Assembly: GCA_037446155.1 (NCBI GenBank)
Contig: JBBIJE010000007.1
Span: forward strand, 1,765-65,764
Length of the DNA: 64,000 nucleotides
Reading direction: 5' to 3'
Origin: Myxococcales bacterium
Lineage (GTDB): Bacteria; Desulfobacterota; Binatia; UTPRO1; JBBIJE01
Each line of letters starts with the position of its first letter. Position 1 is the stretch's first letter. Made by a program: the position numbers and the translations under genes. Positions 1-10,053 of the stretch are shown one piece after another. The notes below the pieces were generated by a model. The model was not told the DNA's origin. It searched no databases and saw only the letters and a program-made list of their open reading frames with translations.

Positions 1-68
1 CGGGACAATATCCACTGCGTTTCGGCTCAGTAACGCGACTTCTTCCTCGATCGTCATCGCCAACGCTC

Positions 69-857
69 TTACGCCTCGTCGAGACCACGTGCAATACGAC
101 GTAGGGAGCGCGCCCTGCCTGACTCTTCGTCCACCTCGACTATGGCACCCTGCACCTGGCAGCGGCCAGCCGCCACCTCGAATTTGACCCTCATCTTGGT
201 CAGAAAGCGCTCGATCACCTGATCCCGCCTCACGCCGATGACCGAGTCCACGGGCCCGCACATACCGACATCGGTCATGTACGCCGTGCCGCCGGGAAGC
301 ACTCTCCCATCCGCGGTCTGCACGTGTGTGTGAGTGCCCAATACCGCAGATACACGCCCGTCGAGAAACCAGCCCATCGCAAGCTTCTCCGATGTCGCCT
401 CGGCGTGCATATCGACGACAATTACGGAGGCCTGCGACCTAAGCTTCGTCACCAACCGTTCAGCCACTTGAAAGGGGCAGTCCACGGCATCCATGAAAAC
501 CCGGCCACTCAAGTTGATGACACATACCGGCACGCCGCAACGACTCGGCTTCGTGGTGTAGCCGAACCCCGGCACTCCGGGCGGGTAGTTCGCAGGTCGG
601 AGCAAGACGTCGCTGTCGCGCATGTACGCTATGATCTCGGGTCGCTGCCATATATGGTTGCCGGAGGTAAGGAGATCCACACCCGCACCGAGAAGCTCCT
701 GCGCACCCCTGGGGTGCACTCCCTTACCGCCCGCGACATTCTCGCAATTGGCGATGGTGAAATGTATGCCCTCTTGTTCGATTAACGAGGGAAGCAGCCG
801 GGAGACGATCTCCCTGCCCGGCTTCCCCACGACATCACCCAGAAAAAGAATCTTCAT
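69..857 (-). CDS. ymdB: YmdB-like metallophosphoesterase (TIGR00282 family, 2',3'-cyclic nucleotide phosphodiesterase-like)
   Basis: 262-aa ORF starting MKILFLGDVVGKPGRE; calcineurin-like metallophosphoesterase motifs (GD..G, GNH). It lies immediately downstream of rny, as in the Bacillus rny-ymdB pair. Confidence 0.8.
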   Translation of the reverse strand: MKILFLGDVVGKPGREIVSRLLPSLIEQEGIHFTIANCENVAGGKGVHPRGAQELLGAGVDLLTSGNHIWQRPEIIAYMRDSDVLLRPANYPPGVPGFGYTTKPSRCGVPVCVINLSGRVFMDAVDCPFQVAERLVTKLRSQASVIVVDMHAEATSEKLAMGWFLDGRVSAVLGTHTHVQTADGRVLPGGTAYMTDVGMCGPVDSVIGVRRDQVIERFLTKMRVKFEVAAGRCQVQGAIVEVDEESGRARSLRRIARGLDEA

Positions 858-942
858 GGCGTCGCTCGAGCCGGCAAATCAGCGCCCGGCATCGGCGCCC
901 CAGAGATTGCCGACCAGCCCCGATGCCGGCCCGAGGCTTGCA

Positions 943-2502
943 TCAGTGGGCGTACTCGCTCGTGCGTAACTCTCTTATAACAGTGACCTTGATCTGGCCA
1001 GGATAGGTGAGCTCGCTCTCGATTTTCCTGGCCACGTCTCGCGCAAGCATGACCGACTCGTCGTCGGAAATCTCACTGGGGATGACGATGATCCGTACCT
1101 CGCGGCCTGCCTGTACCGCGAACGATTTCTCCACCCCCTTGTACGAATTGCTGATACGCTCCAGGTCCTCAAGGCGCTTGACGTAGCTTTCCAATACTTC
1201 TCGGCGGGCTCCCGGCCGTGCCCCAGAAAGGGCGTCCGCCGCATCCACGAGGGGAGCCAGTATGGTCTCTGCCTTCACTTCCTCGTGGTGGGCCGCGATA
1301 GCGTTGACTATCTTCGCGGCCTCTCCGCACCTTCGTGCGATATCGGCCCCGATGAGCGCGTGGGATCCCTCGACCTCGTGCGTCAGGGCCTTGCCAATGT
1401 CGTGTAACAGCGCAGCCCGTCGCGCCTGCTTCTCGTTTATTCCCAACTCCGCCGCCATCATACCGCAAATGAACGCCGCTTCTATCGAATGAGCCAGGAC
1501 ATTTTGCGCGTAACTGTACCGAAACTTGAGCATGCCGAGAAGCTTGATCAGTTCCGGGTGCAAGGCATGCACGCCTACCTCGAACATCGCCTTTTGGCCG
1601 GCCTCCCGGGCCTGCTCCTCTATATCCAGCTCGGCGCGCCGCACAACCTCCTCGATACGTCCCGGGTGGATGCGGCCATCGGAAATCAGGCGCTCGAGCG
1701 CCAGCCTTGCTATCTCTCTGCGAACCGGGTTATGACAGGAGAGGATCACAGCCTCTGGCGTATCGTCTATGATCAGATCCACGCCGGTTAAGGCCTCTAT
1801 CGCGCGGATGTTCCTCCCCTCCCGGCCGATTATGCGTCCCTTCATGTCGTCATTGGGAAGCTGGACCGTGGTCACTGTCCGCTCGGCCACGAACTCGCCG
1901 GCAAGCCGCTCGATAGCAATAGTTACTATCTTGCGGGCCTTGCGATCCGCTTCGGCCTTGGCTTCCTCCTCCACTTGGCGAATCCGCTTGGCTGCTTCGT
2001 GTTTGGCCTCGTCGACCATCTGCTCTCGCAACATCGCCCGGGCTTCTTCCCTGGTCATCCCGGCGATGCGTTCCAACTGCCGCCTTGTCTCGTCAATCGC
2101 GGCTCGATACTCCTCCTCGCGAGCCGCCAGCCCCCGCTCTCTCTCTCGCAAGGCTTGCTCCTTGCGCCCGATCTCTCCCTCGCGCCGTTCCACGGCTTGC
2201 AGCTTGCGCTCGAGGGTCTCCTCTCGTCCACGCGCTCTCTTTTCCGCGATCTGAAGCTCGCGCTTTTGCTCTCTAAGCTCCCTCTCGATCTCCGCTCGCG
2301 CTCGAAGTATCTCCTCCTTAGCTTGGACCTCCGATTCTTTTCTCAGTGCGCTGGCCTCTTTCTTCGCTTCCTCCAATATGCGCTTGGCAGTCTCCTCGGC
2401 CGCTGCGATTCGGCTGCGCCCCCGCCACGCTCTCACGCACTCGACGACGACGTAGAGCAGAGCGGCCAAACCGAGCGCCGTAGTGATGCTCCAAAGTCCC
2501 AC
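943..2502 (-). CDS. rny: Ribonuclease Y
   Basis: 519 aa. N-terminal TM helix, long charged coiled-coil, KH domain ([23 protein letters not shown]) and HD domain (LLHDIGKA...). This architecture is diagnostic of RNase Y. Confidence 0.9.
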   Translation of the reverse strand: MGLWSITTALGLAALLYVVVECVRAWRGRSRIAAAEETAKRILEEAKKEASALRKESEVQAKEEILRARAEIERELREQKRELQIAEKRARGREETLERKLQAVERREGEIGRKEQALRERERGLAAREEEYRAAIDETRRQLERIAGMTREEARAMLREQMVDEAKHEAAKRIRQVEEEAKAEADRKARKIVTIAIERLAGEFVAERTVTTVQLPNDDMKGRIIGREGRNIRAIEALTGVDLIIDDTPEAVILSCHNPVRREIARLALERLISDGRIHPGRIEEVVRRAELDIEEQAREAGQKAMFEVGVHALHPELIKLLGMLKFRYSYAQNVLAHSIEAAFICGMMAAELGINEKQARRAALLHDIGKALTHEVEGSHALIGADIARRCGEAAKIVNAIAAHHEEVKAETILAPLVDAADALSGARPGARREVLESYVKRLEDLERISNSYKGVEKSFAVQAGREVRIIVIPSEISDDESVMLARDVARKIESELTYPGQIKVTVIRELRTSEYAH

Positions 2503-2517
2503 TGGTTCCTCACCTCC

Positions 2518-3153
2518 TTATCGCCCCCCGGGGAGGCTTCTGGCTGATTTCCCGGTTTCAGCCGCGTCCGCGCGGCAGCTCACGACGAACTCCTCGGTGG
2601 CGAGGAGGTCCATTTGCTGATCCCACGGGTCGACCGGTAGGGAACCCCTAATTTGAAATGTGTACGCAACCCCCACCTTGGATACCGTACAGGGGAGGTA
2701 GCGTAGGGCGCGATCGTAGTAACCGTGGCCGTTGCCGAGTCTGTGGCCTTCCCAATCGAACGCAAGCCCGGGGACCAACACCACTAGCGGCGAGTTCTCG
2801 GGCGCGATGGGCGGACGATCACACCCAGGCTCCAGAAGCCCAAAAGCCCCGATCTTCAAGTGTTCCCCCCTCTCGACGTTGAGAAACTCGAGCGAGTGCG
2901 CAGAGAGATTCACCCTCGGGTAGAAGACGGGTATGCCTCGCTGCCGTGCCCATCGCCCCACCCCCCCTGGATCTATCTCGCATCGTCGCGCAGCGTACAG
3001 CGCCACTGCACCGACCTCGTGCTCCTCCAGCCAAGCGATAAAGTGGCGAGCAAGCTTCGTGCTGGCGCGGCGCCGTGCCTCGGCCGGTGTACGACGGCAT
3101 TGCTCCTTCAGCTCTCGTCGTAGCGCCGCTTTTGCCTGTAGTTGCCCCGACAA
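2518..3153 (-). CDS. 5-formyltetrahydrofolate cyclo-ligase (MTHFS/YgfA family)
   Basis: 211 aa. The conserved C-terminal VVLVPGLAFDWEGHRLGNGHGYYDR motif matches 5-FTHF cyclo-ligase. The start codon in the track is TTG. Confidence 0.75.
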   Translation of the reverse strand: MSGQLQAKAALRRELKEQCRRTPAEARRRASTKLARHFIAWLEEHEVGAVALYAARRCEIDPGGVGRWARQRGIPVFYPRVNLSAHSLEFLNVERGEHLKIGAFGLLEPGCDRPPIAPENSPLVVLVPGLAFDWEGHRLGNGHGYYDRALRYLPCTVSKVGVAYTFQIRGSLPVDPWDQQMDLLATEEFVVSCRADAAETGKSARSLPGGR

Positions 3154-3510
3154 CAGGCTCCTCTCTCGGGAACCTGTGGAGCAGGACCTCGCGGACTAAT
3201 GAATGAGAGGAGGGAAGATCAGATCAGAATTGTGTAGCACTCATCCGACGTCTTGAATCGTGCGATGAGCATTCCGCCGACCACCCTGTTGCCAAGTCAC
3301 GCTTCTCATCTCCTGGCTCGCAAGTTGGCCGCACCGCAATCCCGGGTCTTATCTCCATCTCTCTTTTCACGTCTTCCAACTGAAGCCCCGCCCCACAGCT
3401 CCCACGATCAGTAGAGCTCCTGCGGACCGCTTCGCGTCGTTTCACCTCTCACGCCCAACCCGCGGTAGCAAGACGGGCTCGCGAAGTGGCCACAAGGCTC
3501 GAATCTCGCC
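3154..3510 (-). ncRNA. ssrS: Candidate 6S RNA (ssrS) in the zapA-fau intergenic region; boundaries not determined
   Basis: 357-bp non-coding gap between the zapA stop and the start of 5-FTHF cyclo-ligase, same orientation. This reproduces the E. coli zapA-ssrS-ygfA arrangement. The call rests on synteny and gap size only; I could not verify the closed-stem/central-bubble structure by eye. Confidence 0.35.
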
Positions 3511-3822
3511 TCAACCGCTGCCCCCCAACACCTCTCCCTTCTCGTCCAAGGTAGCCAGCATTCGCCGAGACAACTCGTCCACCCGCTGGCACCAGTGCTC
3601 GTGTTCCCTTCTCAGTTTGTAAAGCTCATCCGCAATATTCAGCGCCGCAAGGATCGCCACCGGCAGCGTGCTCGCCGCCTTACCCCTCTCGGCGACCTCG
3701 TGCATTTTCGCGTCGACGAAGTGCGCGAGCTCGCGCACGTACTCCTCCTCGTCGTCGCTTGCCACGGTAAGCGATTGCCCCCCGATCTCCACGTTCAACT
3801 TATTCTTTATGCCGAGCCCCAT
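3511..3822 (-). CDS. zapA: Cell division protein ZapA
   Basis: 103 aa, beginning MGLGIKNKLNVEIGGQSLTVASDDEEEYVRELA. Typical ZapA length and N-terminal beta region followed by a coiled coil. Positioned upstream of the fau homologue. Confidence 0.7.
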   Translation of the reverse strand: MGLGIKNKLNVEIGGQSLTVASDDEEEYVRELAHFVDAKMHEVAERGKAASTLPVAILAALNIADELYKLRREHEHWCQRVDELSRRMLATLDEKGEVLGGSG

Positions 3823-4055
3823 GACGCCTCGAGGCTTTCCACCCGTGCAAGCACCCGCTGCAGGCGCTCTCTCACCTCGGCCCGCCCGCGCTCCGCACTC
3901 CTCAATCTCCCCTCGAGCTCTTTGATTTCACGCTGCTTTTCCTCGAGGGATCGCAGAAGCTTGTCGCGCTCGGTTTGCACCCGCTCGAAACGCTGAATGA
4001 TCTTGCGTAGTCGAGCCTCCAAGAGCCTGAAGTTATCCAACTCCACGCCGTACAA
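3807..4055 (-). CDS. Small coiled-coil protein, ZapB-like
   Basis: 82 aa, entirely heptad/charged (LEEKQREIKELEGRLRSAERGRAEVRERLQRV). It overlaps the zapA start by 16 nt. ZapB-like coiled-coil proteins commonly precede zapA. Confidence 0.4.
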   Translation of the reverse strand: MYGVELDNFRLLEARLRKIIQRFERVQTERDKLLRSLEEKQREIKELEGRLRSAERGRAEVRERLQRVLARVESLEASWGSA

Positions 4056-4162
4056 GCCTCGAGGGGATTCTAGTTAGTGTGCGCTCGGTCTGTCAAGTCT
4101 CGATCGCCGCCCCGACACCAGCGGCGCCCGCCAGGGGTCGCAACCATCCCCTGGGGGCAGCT

Positions 4163-5302
4163 TCACCTTGTACCGGATTCGGCAAAAAGCGCCTCCGCAA
4201 ATGCCAATGGATCGAAGGGTTTTAGGTCCTCGACCGCTTCGCCCAAACCGACGTATCTTACCGGGATTCCCAACTCCTCTTTGACCGCCAAAACCATCCC
4301 GCCCTTGGCCGTACCATCGAGCTTGGTCACGACAACGCCGGTTACCGAAACGGCCGCAAGGAACTCCCTTGCCTGAGCCAAAGAATTCTGGCCGTTAGTC
4401 GCGTCGAGCACGAGCAACACTTCGTGAGGTGCGCCCTCCACCTCTCGCCCCGCAATGCGCGCGATCTTGCGAAGCTCCTCCATGAGGTTTTTCTTCGTGT
4501 GCAAGCGCCCCGCCGTGTCGACCAAGACCACGTCGACGTCCCGAGCCTTGGCTGCCCGCAACCCGTCGACAACGGCGGCGCCCGGATCGCCTCCAGGTTG
4601 CAACTTGACGAGATGGGTCCCGACTCGCTTCGCCCACACCCCAAGCTGTTCGGCTGCGGCCGCCCTGAACGTGTCGGCTCCGACCAGCAAGACCTTTTTC
4701 CCCTCGCTCACGTGGCGCGCAGCCAATTTCCCAACCGTCGTGGTCTTGCCGGCACCGTTTACGCCCACAACCAAGATCACCCAAGGTTTGAAGCGCGGCT
4801 CCGAAGTCGGCCCGTCAGAGAGCAGCCGCGAGATCTCCGTCACCAGCGCCGCACGCAGCTCCCCAGCACTAGATGTTCCTAAACCCTTAGCAAAGGCCAC
4901 AAGCCTCGAGGCCACCTTGACGCCGACATCAGCCGCAAGCAGCACCTCCTCCAACCGCTCGCAAGCGCTTTCGTCGCCCCCCCTTATGCTCGAAGCCCAG
5001 CCCAGGAAAGCACGTAGACCGCTGCGTGTTTTTGCCAGCCCTTCGTAAACGGTCGTGGCCCTCGCAGCCAACCTCGGGGGCGCGCCGACCGACTGCACCG
5101 CACCGCGCCGGCGCCTCGCGCCCCAATACGCAAGGACCGCAAGCAAAACGGCGAGAAACAAGGAAGCGGCGACCACCCAAAACTCGCCGACTCCCGCGGC
5201 CGCGCCGAACATGTCTTGGCTCAACTGGAACATCGCTACTAGATCTGCATATAAGGGATCCTGGGGCCGAAAATCCAGCCTCTTTCTCAAGCCTCGCCCC
5301 AA
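4163..5302 (-). CDS. ftsY: Signal recognition particle receptor FtsY
   Basis: SRP54-type GTPase motifs (GVNGAGKTTTVGKLA; DTAGR; TKLDGTAKGG). An N-terminal hydrophobic helix suggests a membrane-anchored form. Confidence 0.9.
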   Translation of the reverse strand: MGRGLRKRLDFRPQDPLYADLVAMFQLSQDMFGAAAGVGEFWVVAASLFLAVLLAVLAYWGARRRRGAVQSVGAPPRLAARATTVYEGLAKTRSGLRAFLGWASSIRGGDESACERLEEVLLAADVGVKVASRLVAFAKGLGTSSAGELRAALVTEISRLLSDGPTSEPRFKPWVILVVGVNGAGKTTTVGKLAARHVSEGKKVLLVGADTFRAAAAEQLGVWAKRVGTHLVKLQPGGDPGAAVVDGLRAAKARDVDVVLVDTAGRLHTKKNLMEELRKIARIAGREVEGAPHEVLLVLDATNGQNSLAQAREFLAAVSVTGVVVTKLDGTAKGGMVLAVKEELGIPVRYVGLGEAVEDLKPFDPLAFAEALFAESGTR

Positions 5303-5495
5303 GCACCCCGACGCTTCCGCCTAGAAGGCGACCGATCTGAAAGTAGGCTTCGCTCGTGAACATGCAAGGGATACCACCAGCCCGGGGGCTGGCCACCTGG
5401 GCCCCAAAAGATACGGCGCCGATCTCCAGCCTTCCGAGGAAAGGAAGACTCGCTTGCGGCCCCCGCCGGCTCCGAGGCCAAAGGGCCTTGTGGCG

Positions 5496-8400
5496 TCATG
5501 GTGCGGGGAGCTTGACCGAGACCACTTTGGAGATACCAGGCTCTTCCATCGTGATCCCGTAAAGCGTGTCGGCTACCTCCATGGTCCGCTTGTTGTGGGT
5601 AATCAGAACGAACTGCGAGCGTTCGCTCGTCTCCTTGATTAGCGCGTTGAAGCGCCCGATGTTGGCGTCGTCCAGCGGTGCGTCCACCTCGTCCAGAATG
5701 CAGAACGGGCTCGGGTTGATGAGAAACAGGGCGAAGATCAAGCTCACCGCCGTCAGCGCTTTCTCCCCTCCGGATAGCAGATCGAGACTGCCAAGCCGCT
5801 TCCCAGGAGGCTGCACAGAAACCTCGACACCGGATTCGAGGGGCTTGTCCCCGTCCGTGAGCTTCAGAGTAGCCCGCCCTCCCGGGAAAAGTCGCGGAAA
5901 CACCGACTCGAAGCTCACCTTGACTTTCTCGAAGGTCTCGCGGAAACGCTCCCGACAAGTCCGATTCAGCCTGACCACCGTCCGTTGCAGATCTTCCAGG
6001 GACTTCTCCAAGTCCTTCTTTTGGCCGGCCAGGAATCCTCGACGCTCTTCGAGCTCCTTTAGCTCCTCCAAGGCCGCCGTACCCACCTCCCCCATAGCAG
6101 CCAGGCTTTCCCTGAGCTCCCGGACTCTGGCCCTCGTCGCTTCCTCATCGACCCCTTCAGCCGCAAAATCTCCGTCGGGAATTTCGCTTCCATAACGCTC
6201 TCTTATGGTCTGCTCCAGGTGCTCTATGCCAAGTCTCGCCTTGGTTCTCTCTACCTCGATATCGGCGAGACGCTGGCGCGTCTGCCGCAGCTCTCTCTCC
6301 AATGAATCGCGCTCGTTGCGCACCGCTTCGAGGAGCTGACGCGTCCCTTGAGCCTCGCAGGAAGCCCGGTGGGCCGCTTCCACCGCCGCTCGGTGAACTT
6401 CTCCCATCTTCTCCAGCTCACCCGCAAGCCGTTCCAGCCTGCGACGTTCTTCCTCCAGCTCCTCCTCGGCGCGCGCTATGCGCCTTTCGGTCTCTCGATG
6501 CCTAGCCCGATTATCCTCCAACGCATCCAAGAGATCGGCGAGGCGAGACTCGAGGGCAACCAGCCTTTCTTCAGCCTTGACGAGGGATATCTTCCCCTCG
6601 GTCAACTTCCTCGCGGTCTCCTCACGGGCGTTGCGCAGCGCCTGCACCCTGCTAAGCAAACTCTCGAGTGCCACCTCAGCCTGTTCCCGTCTCGCTCTGG
6701 CCTCCGCGAGCTCTAGCTCCGCGCGGGACCTCTCCTCCTGCGACCACAACCTTTGCTCCTCCAACTCGGATCGCTCGAGCTCTAGGCCCTCGAGCCTCTC
6801 CGCTGCCGACCGAAGCCGCGCACCAGCCAACTCGACATCCTTTTCCGCGCGCACCGCGCTCAGGGCGACCTCGTCCACCTCCGCTCCAATCCCCACCAAT
6901 GCTTGCCGTGCATCTTCTACCACACGGTCGAGGTGTGCCGCCCGTACCCTCCCCTCACCGAGCGCTCTTTCGGCCCGCTCCACCTCTTGCTCGAGTTCCC
7001 GCACAACTCTGCGCTGCGAGAGCAGACGCTGTTCGGCTCGCTCTTCGCTTCCCCCGCTCACGACCCCGCCGGCATCGACCACTTCGCCAGCGGGCGTTAC
7101 GAATGTCCAGGTTCCTCCGTTCCGCCGCCACATCGCAAGCGCCGTCTCCACATCCGACACGAGCAGAACATCGCCCAAAAGGTATTCGACCACCGGCTGC
7201 GCGCTCGCACGCGCAGCCACCAAGTCGGAAAGGCGCTGGGCACCACTTGGCACCTCTGCCACCCGCTTGAACCTGGGGAGCCGGGGTATGAAAGCAGCGC
7301 GTCCACCAGGTTCCGACTGCACCTGCCGAAGCAAGTGCAGTGCCTCCGCGTGACCCTCGACGATCAGGTACTGGAGCCGCTCTCCCAGCACAGCCGCGAC
7401 GGGTCGCTCCAGCGACTCCCGAACCTCGAGCGACTCCGCAAGCAGAGCGCATCCCTGCGCCTCCGCCCTTTTGAGCAAGCGCCTTACGCCTTCACCGTAG
7501 CCTTCGAGGTTTTCGCAAAGCCCCCGTAATGATTCGAGCCGAGAGCGTGCCTTGAGCAGCGCCGCTTCCTGTTCCTCGACAACGGCGAGCCACGCGCTAC
7601 GCTCCTGCTCCGCCCGCTCGAGAGCCAGCGCAGCCTGGCGTTTGGCCCCCTCTAGCTTCTCCACCTTCTCTCTCATCAGCCGCAGCGTATCCGCCGCTTC
7701 CCGAGAATCCTGCGCCGCCGCGGCGTGCTCTGCTTCCGCCTGTCGCACGAGTTCGTTCAGCTTGTTTCGCTCCTTCTCTTCCGCGGCTTCCCGAGACGCG
7801 GCCGTCTCGCACGCGTTGCGCGCCGCAGTCTCCGCCGCAAGACACTCGAAGGTGGCGGTTTTCGCGGCCTCCAAAGCGCTTTCTAGGCGCTCTAGCTCGG
7901 CGCACGTCGCCGCAAGGCTGCGCTCCCAGCGCTCCAACTCGGCTGCGGCTTCTTTCTTGGAAGATCCTCCGCGATCGATCCCGTCTCTAGTAGTGGCTAC
8001 CTCGCTATCGATCTCCGATAGCTTGCCGCGGATTGCCTCGAGCTCGACTCTGGCACGGGCCAATTCCGATTCCTCCGCCGCAATCCGGGCCCGCAGGAAA
8101 TCCCTCTCCTGCTCGCACCTGGCAATGGCTCCCTGGGCTCTGATCGCCTCCGCTTCCCGCTCCTTCGCCAGCGTATCCCTTGTTTCGAGTTCAGCCCCGA
8201 GGTCTCGCATCCGCTGGTCCAGCCCGGTCATTTTTTCTTCGGCGCCGCGCAGCGCCTGGGCCGCGGCGAAGCCCTCGACCTCTATGCACCACAATTTGTT
8301 GCGCCAGCGCCCACGCTCCAGCTGAGCCAACCAAAGGTCGAGTTGTTCCAATTCGAGCTTGCACTGCCGATATCTCTCCGCTTTCCTGGTTTGTCGCTTG

Positions 8401-9197
8401 AGCGAATTGATCTGCCGCTCAACCTCCCGCAGGATGTCCTCCACGCGAACCAGATTGTCACGGGTCCGCTCCATTTTCCGCTCCGCCACCACGCGTCGGC
8501 TTCGGTAAAGCGTCACGCCGGCGGCCTCCTCTATCAATATCCGGATTTCTTCCGGCTTCGCGCTGAGTAGCTGCTCCACCCTGCCCTGTTCGATGATGGC
8601 ATAAGCCTTGGCCCCGACTCCGGTTCCCAAGAAGAGCTCGGTAATGTCGCGCAACCTGCATGGGATATCGTTTACCAAGTATTCTGATTCACCAGATCGA
8701 AAATAACGCCGCGTCACCATGATTTCGGTGAGGCCGGGCCGCACCGCGGGCGAGCCACCGTCCCGCCTCACGATAAGGGGATCCCGGGGGAGTGAATCGC
8801 ATTCGAAGAGAACCGAGACCTGAGCCATGCCGAGCGGTCCTTGGTTTTCGTTACCGCAGAAAACCACATCGTCCATGCTCTCGCCGCGCAGCCGCTTTAC
8901 ACTTTGTTCGCCCAGCGTCCAACGAATCGCATCCACTATGTTGGATTTACCGCATCCATTGGGGCCCACGATGGCGGTAATGCCAGGGGGCAGGGATATG
9001 ACTGTCCTTTCCCGGAAGGACTTGAAACCGAGCAGTTCGATTCGCTTGAGGCGCAAGCCCGCGCCGGAGAGGAGCGCCGCGGTAGGCTCCTGCTCCGGCT
9101 CGTTCTCCTCAAGAACCCCGGCCGCCGAAGCCCCGCCCTCGCAGGCCGGGTCTGGCACACGCGCGATCTGATTAGACGATGCCGAATTGGGCGGCAT
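5496..9197 (-). CDS. smc: Chromosome segregation protein SMC
   Basis: 1233 aa. N-terminal Walker A (LKRIELLGFKSF...GPNGCGKSN), very long coiled-coil arms with a hinge, and C-terminal signature/Walker B (LSGGEKALTAVSLIFALF...ILDEVDAPLD). The first ~45 residues of the ORF may be an upstream extension. Confidence 0.9.
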   Translation of the reverse strand: MPPNSASSNQIARVPDPACEGGASAAGVLEENEPEQEPTAALLSGAGLRLKRIELLGFKSFRERTVISLPPGITAIVGPNGCGKSNIVDAIRWTLGEQSVKRLRGESMDDVVFCGNENQGPLGMAQVSVLFECDSLPRDPLIVRRDGGSPAVRPGLTEIMVTRRYFRSGESEYLVNDIPCRLRDITELFLGTGVGAKAYAIIEQGRVEQLLSAKPEEIRILIEEAAGVTLYRSRRVVAERKMERTRDNLVRVEDILREVERQINSLKRQTRKAERYRQCKLELEQLDLWLAQLERGRWRNKLWCIEVEGFAAAQALRGAEEKMTGLDQRMRDLGAELETRDTLAKEREAEAIRAQGAIARCEQERDFLRARIAAEESELARARVELEAIRGKLSEIDSEVATTRDGIDRGGSSKKEAAAELERWERSLAATCAELERLESALEAAKTATFECLAAETAARNACETAASREAAEEKERNKLNELVRQAEAEHAAAAQDSREAADTLRLMREKVEKLEGAKRQAALALERAEQERSAWLAVVEEQEAALLKARSRLESLRGLCENLEGYGEGVRRLLKRAEAQGCALLAESLEVRESLERPVAAVLGERLQYLIVEGHAEALHLLRQVQSEPGGRAAFIPRLPRFKRVAEVPSGAQRLSDLVAARASAQPVVEYLLGDVLLVSDVETALAMWRRNGGTWTFVTPAGEVVDAGGVVSGGSEERAEQRLLSQRRVVRELEQEVERAERALGEGRVRAAHLDRVVEDARQALVGIGAEVDEVALSAVRAEKDVELAGARLRSAAERLEGLELERSELEEQRLWSQEERSRAELELAEARARREQAEVALESLLSRVQALRNAREETARKLTEGKISLVKAEERLVALESRLADLLDALEDNRARHRETERRIARAEEELEEERRRLERLAGELEKMGEVHRAAVEAAHRASCEAQGTRQLLEAVRNERDSLERELRQTRQRLADIEVERTKARLGIEHLEQTIRERYGSEIPDGDFAAEGVDEEATRARVRELRESLAAMGEVGTAALEELKELEERRGFLAGQKKDLEKSLEDLQRTVVRLNRTCRERFRETFEKVKVSFESVFPRLFPGGRATLKLTDGDKPLESGVEVSVQPPGKRLGSLDLLSGGEKALTAVSLIFALFLINPSPFCILDEVDAPLDDANIGRFNALIKETSERSQFVLITHNKRTMEVADTLYGITMEEPGISKVVSVKLPAP

Positions 9198-9288
9198 GAC
9201 CCCTCACCTCCCCTCCCCCCAACAAGCTCGCCGCATCGAGCGACGGCATGATTTCACGCTCGTCCGTCGCTGTCAAGCGATCTACCCG

Positions 9289-9906
9289 CTAGGGTAGAAG
9301 CTCCGCGTTCCAGTAGGAAACATCCACGCTGTCGATAAACGGCAGCCACTCCCGGTACCGCCTGAGGCTGAAGCCATCGACGTTGAACGGCGTCCAGCGC
9401 GGCCGGCTCGGGCGCCTAAGCAACTTCATCCCCGCCTCTTCCGGCGTCCTGCCCCCCTTTCGCCGGTTGCACTTCAAACAGGAACAGACAACATTTTCCC
9501 AGACCGCCATTCCTCCCCGCGAGCGCGGGATGACGTGATCTAGGTTGAGCTCGCTTCTCGGGAACTGCTTACCGCAGTACTGGCAAGTGTTGCGGTCACG
9601 AGCGTAGATGTTGTGCCGGCTAAAGCGGACATGGCGCTTGGGCACGCGGTCGTAAGCTATGAGGAGAATCACTCGGGGAACCCTTATCGCTCGGCTCACC
9701 AACCCGATCCGATCGTGATTGACACTCACGGCCAACTCTGCCCAGCTATCGAAATCGAAGGTCCGGTACTGCTCATCTACGGCCTCGGCGATCCCCTGGT
9801 ACAGGAGGGAGAAAGCACGCCGCACGGAGGTCACATGAACCGGCAAATAAGAGCGGTTAAGAACCAGCACCTTGGAGTTGAGCACGCCTACGCTTGCGCC
9901 ACTCAT
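9289..9906 (-). CDS. HNH endonuclease family protein
   Basis: 205 aa with CQYCG...LDHVIPRSRGG...CSCLKCNRRKG. This is an HNH nuclease Zn-finger/His-Asn-His core. Confidence 0.7.
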   Translation of the reverse strand: MSGASVGVLNSKVLVLNRSYLPVHVTSVRRAFSLLYQGIAEAVDEQYRTFDFDSWAELAVSVNHDRIGLVSRAIRVPRVILLIAYDRVPKRHVRFSRHNIYARDRNTCQYCGKQFPRSELNLDHVIPRSRGGMAVWENVVCSCLKCNRRKGGRTPEEAGMKLLRRPSRPRWTPFNVDGFSLRRYREWLPFIDSVDVSYWNAELLP

Positions 9907-9971
9907 CGTTACCTCGCGACGGTACCCACCTTGGCGTTACAAGTCAAGATTCTACAGGAGCCAGCACGCGC

Positions 9972-10000
9972 TTGCAGGGAGAGGCGCGCGAACCTATACT
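9972..10000 (+). promoter_or_regulatory. Candidate sigma70-type promoter for the radical SAM gene
   Basis: TTGCAG (9972-9977), exact 17-nt spacer, TATACT (9995-10000). This AT-rich hexamer is unusual in the GC-rich surroundings and sits about 55 nt upstream of the 10054 ORF start. Confidence 0.3.
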
Positions 10001-10053
10001 AGCGTGGTACTCCGGCCCACCCAGCACTGGGCCGGGAACACTCGGGGCGAGAG

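Noticed and set aside
3154-3510. Short (7-8 bp) long-range complementary segments within the candidate 6S region as evidence of a closing stem.
   Set aside because: Several such matches are expected by chance in 357 nt, so they are not used as support. The 6S call rests on synteny only.
6478-8325. Long antisense ORFs inside smc (e.g. 6478..7353, 6668..7270, 7552..8325), and similar ones inside tamB, the 17387..20875 gene and elsewhere.
   Set aside because: Ser/Arg/Ala/Pro-rich low-complexity translations opposite well-supported genes. These are expected artefacts of high GC with few stop codons.
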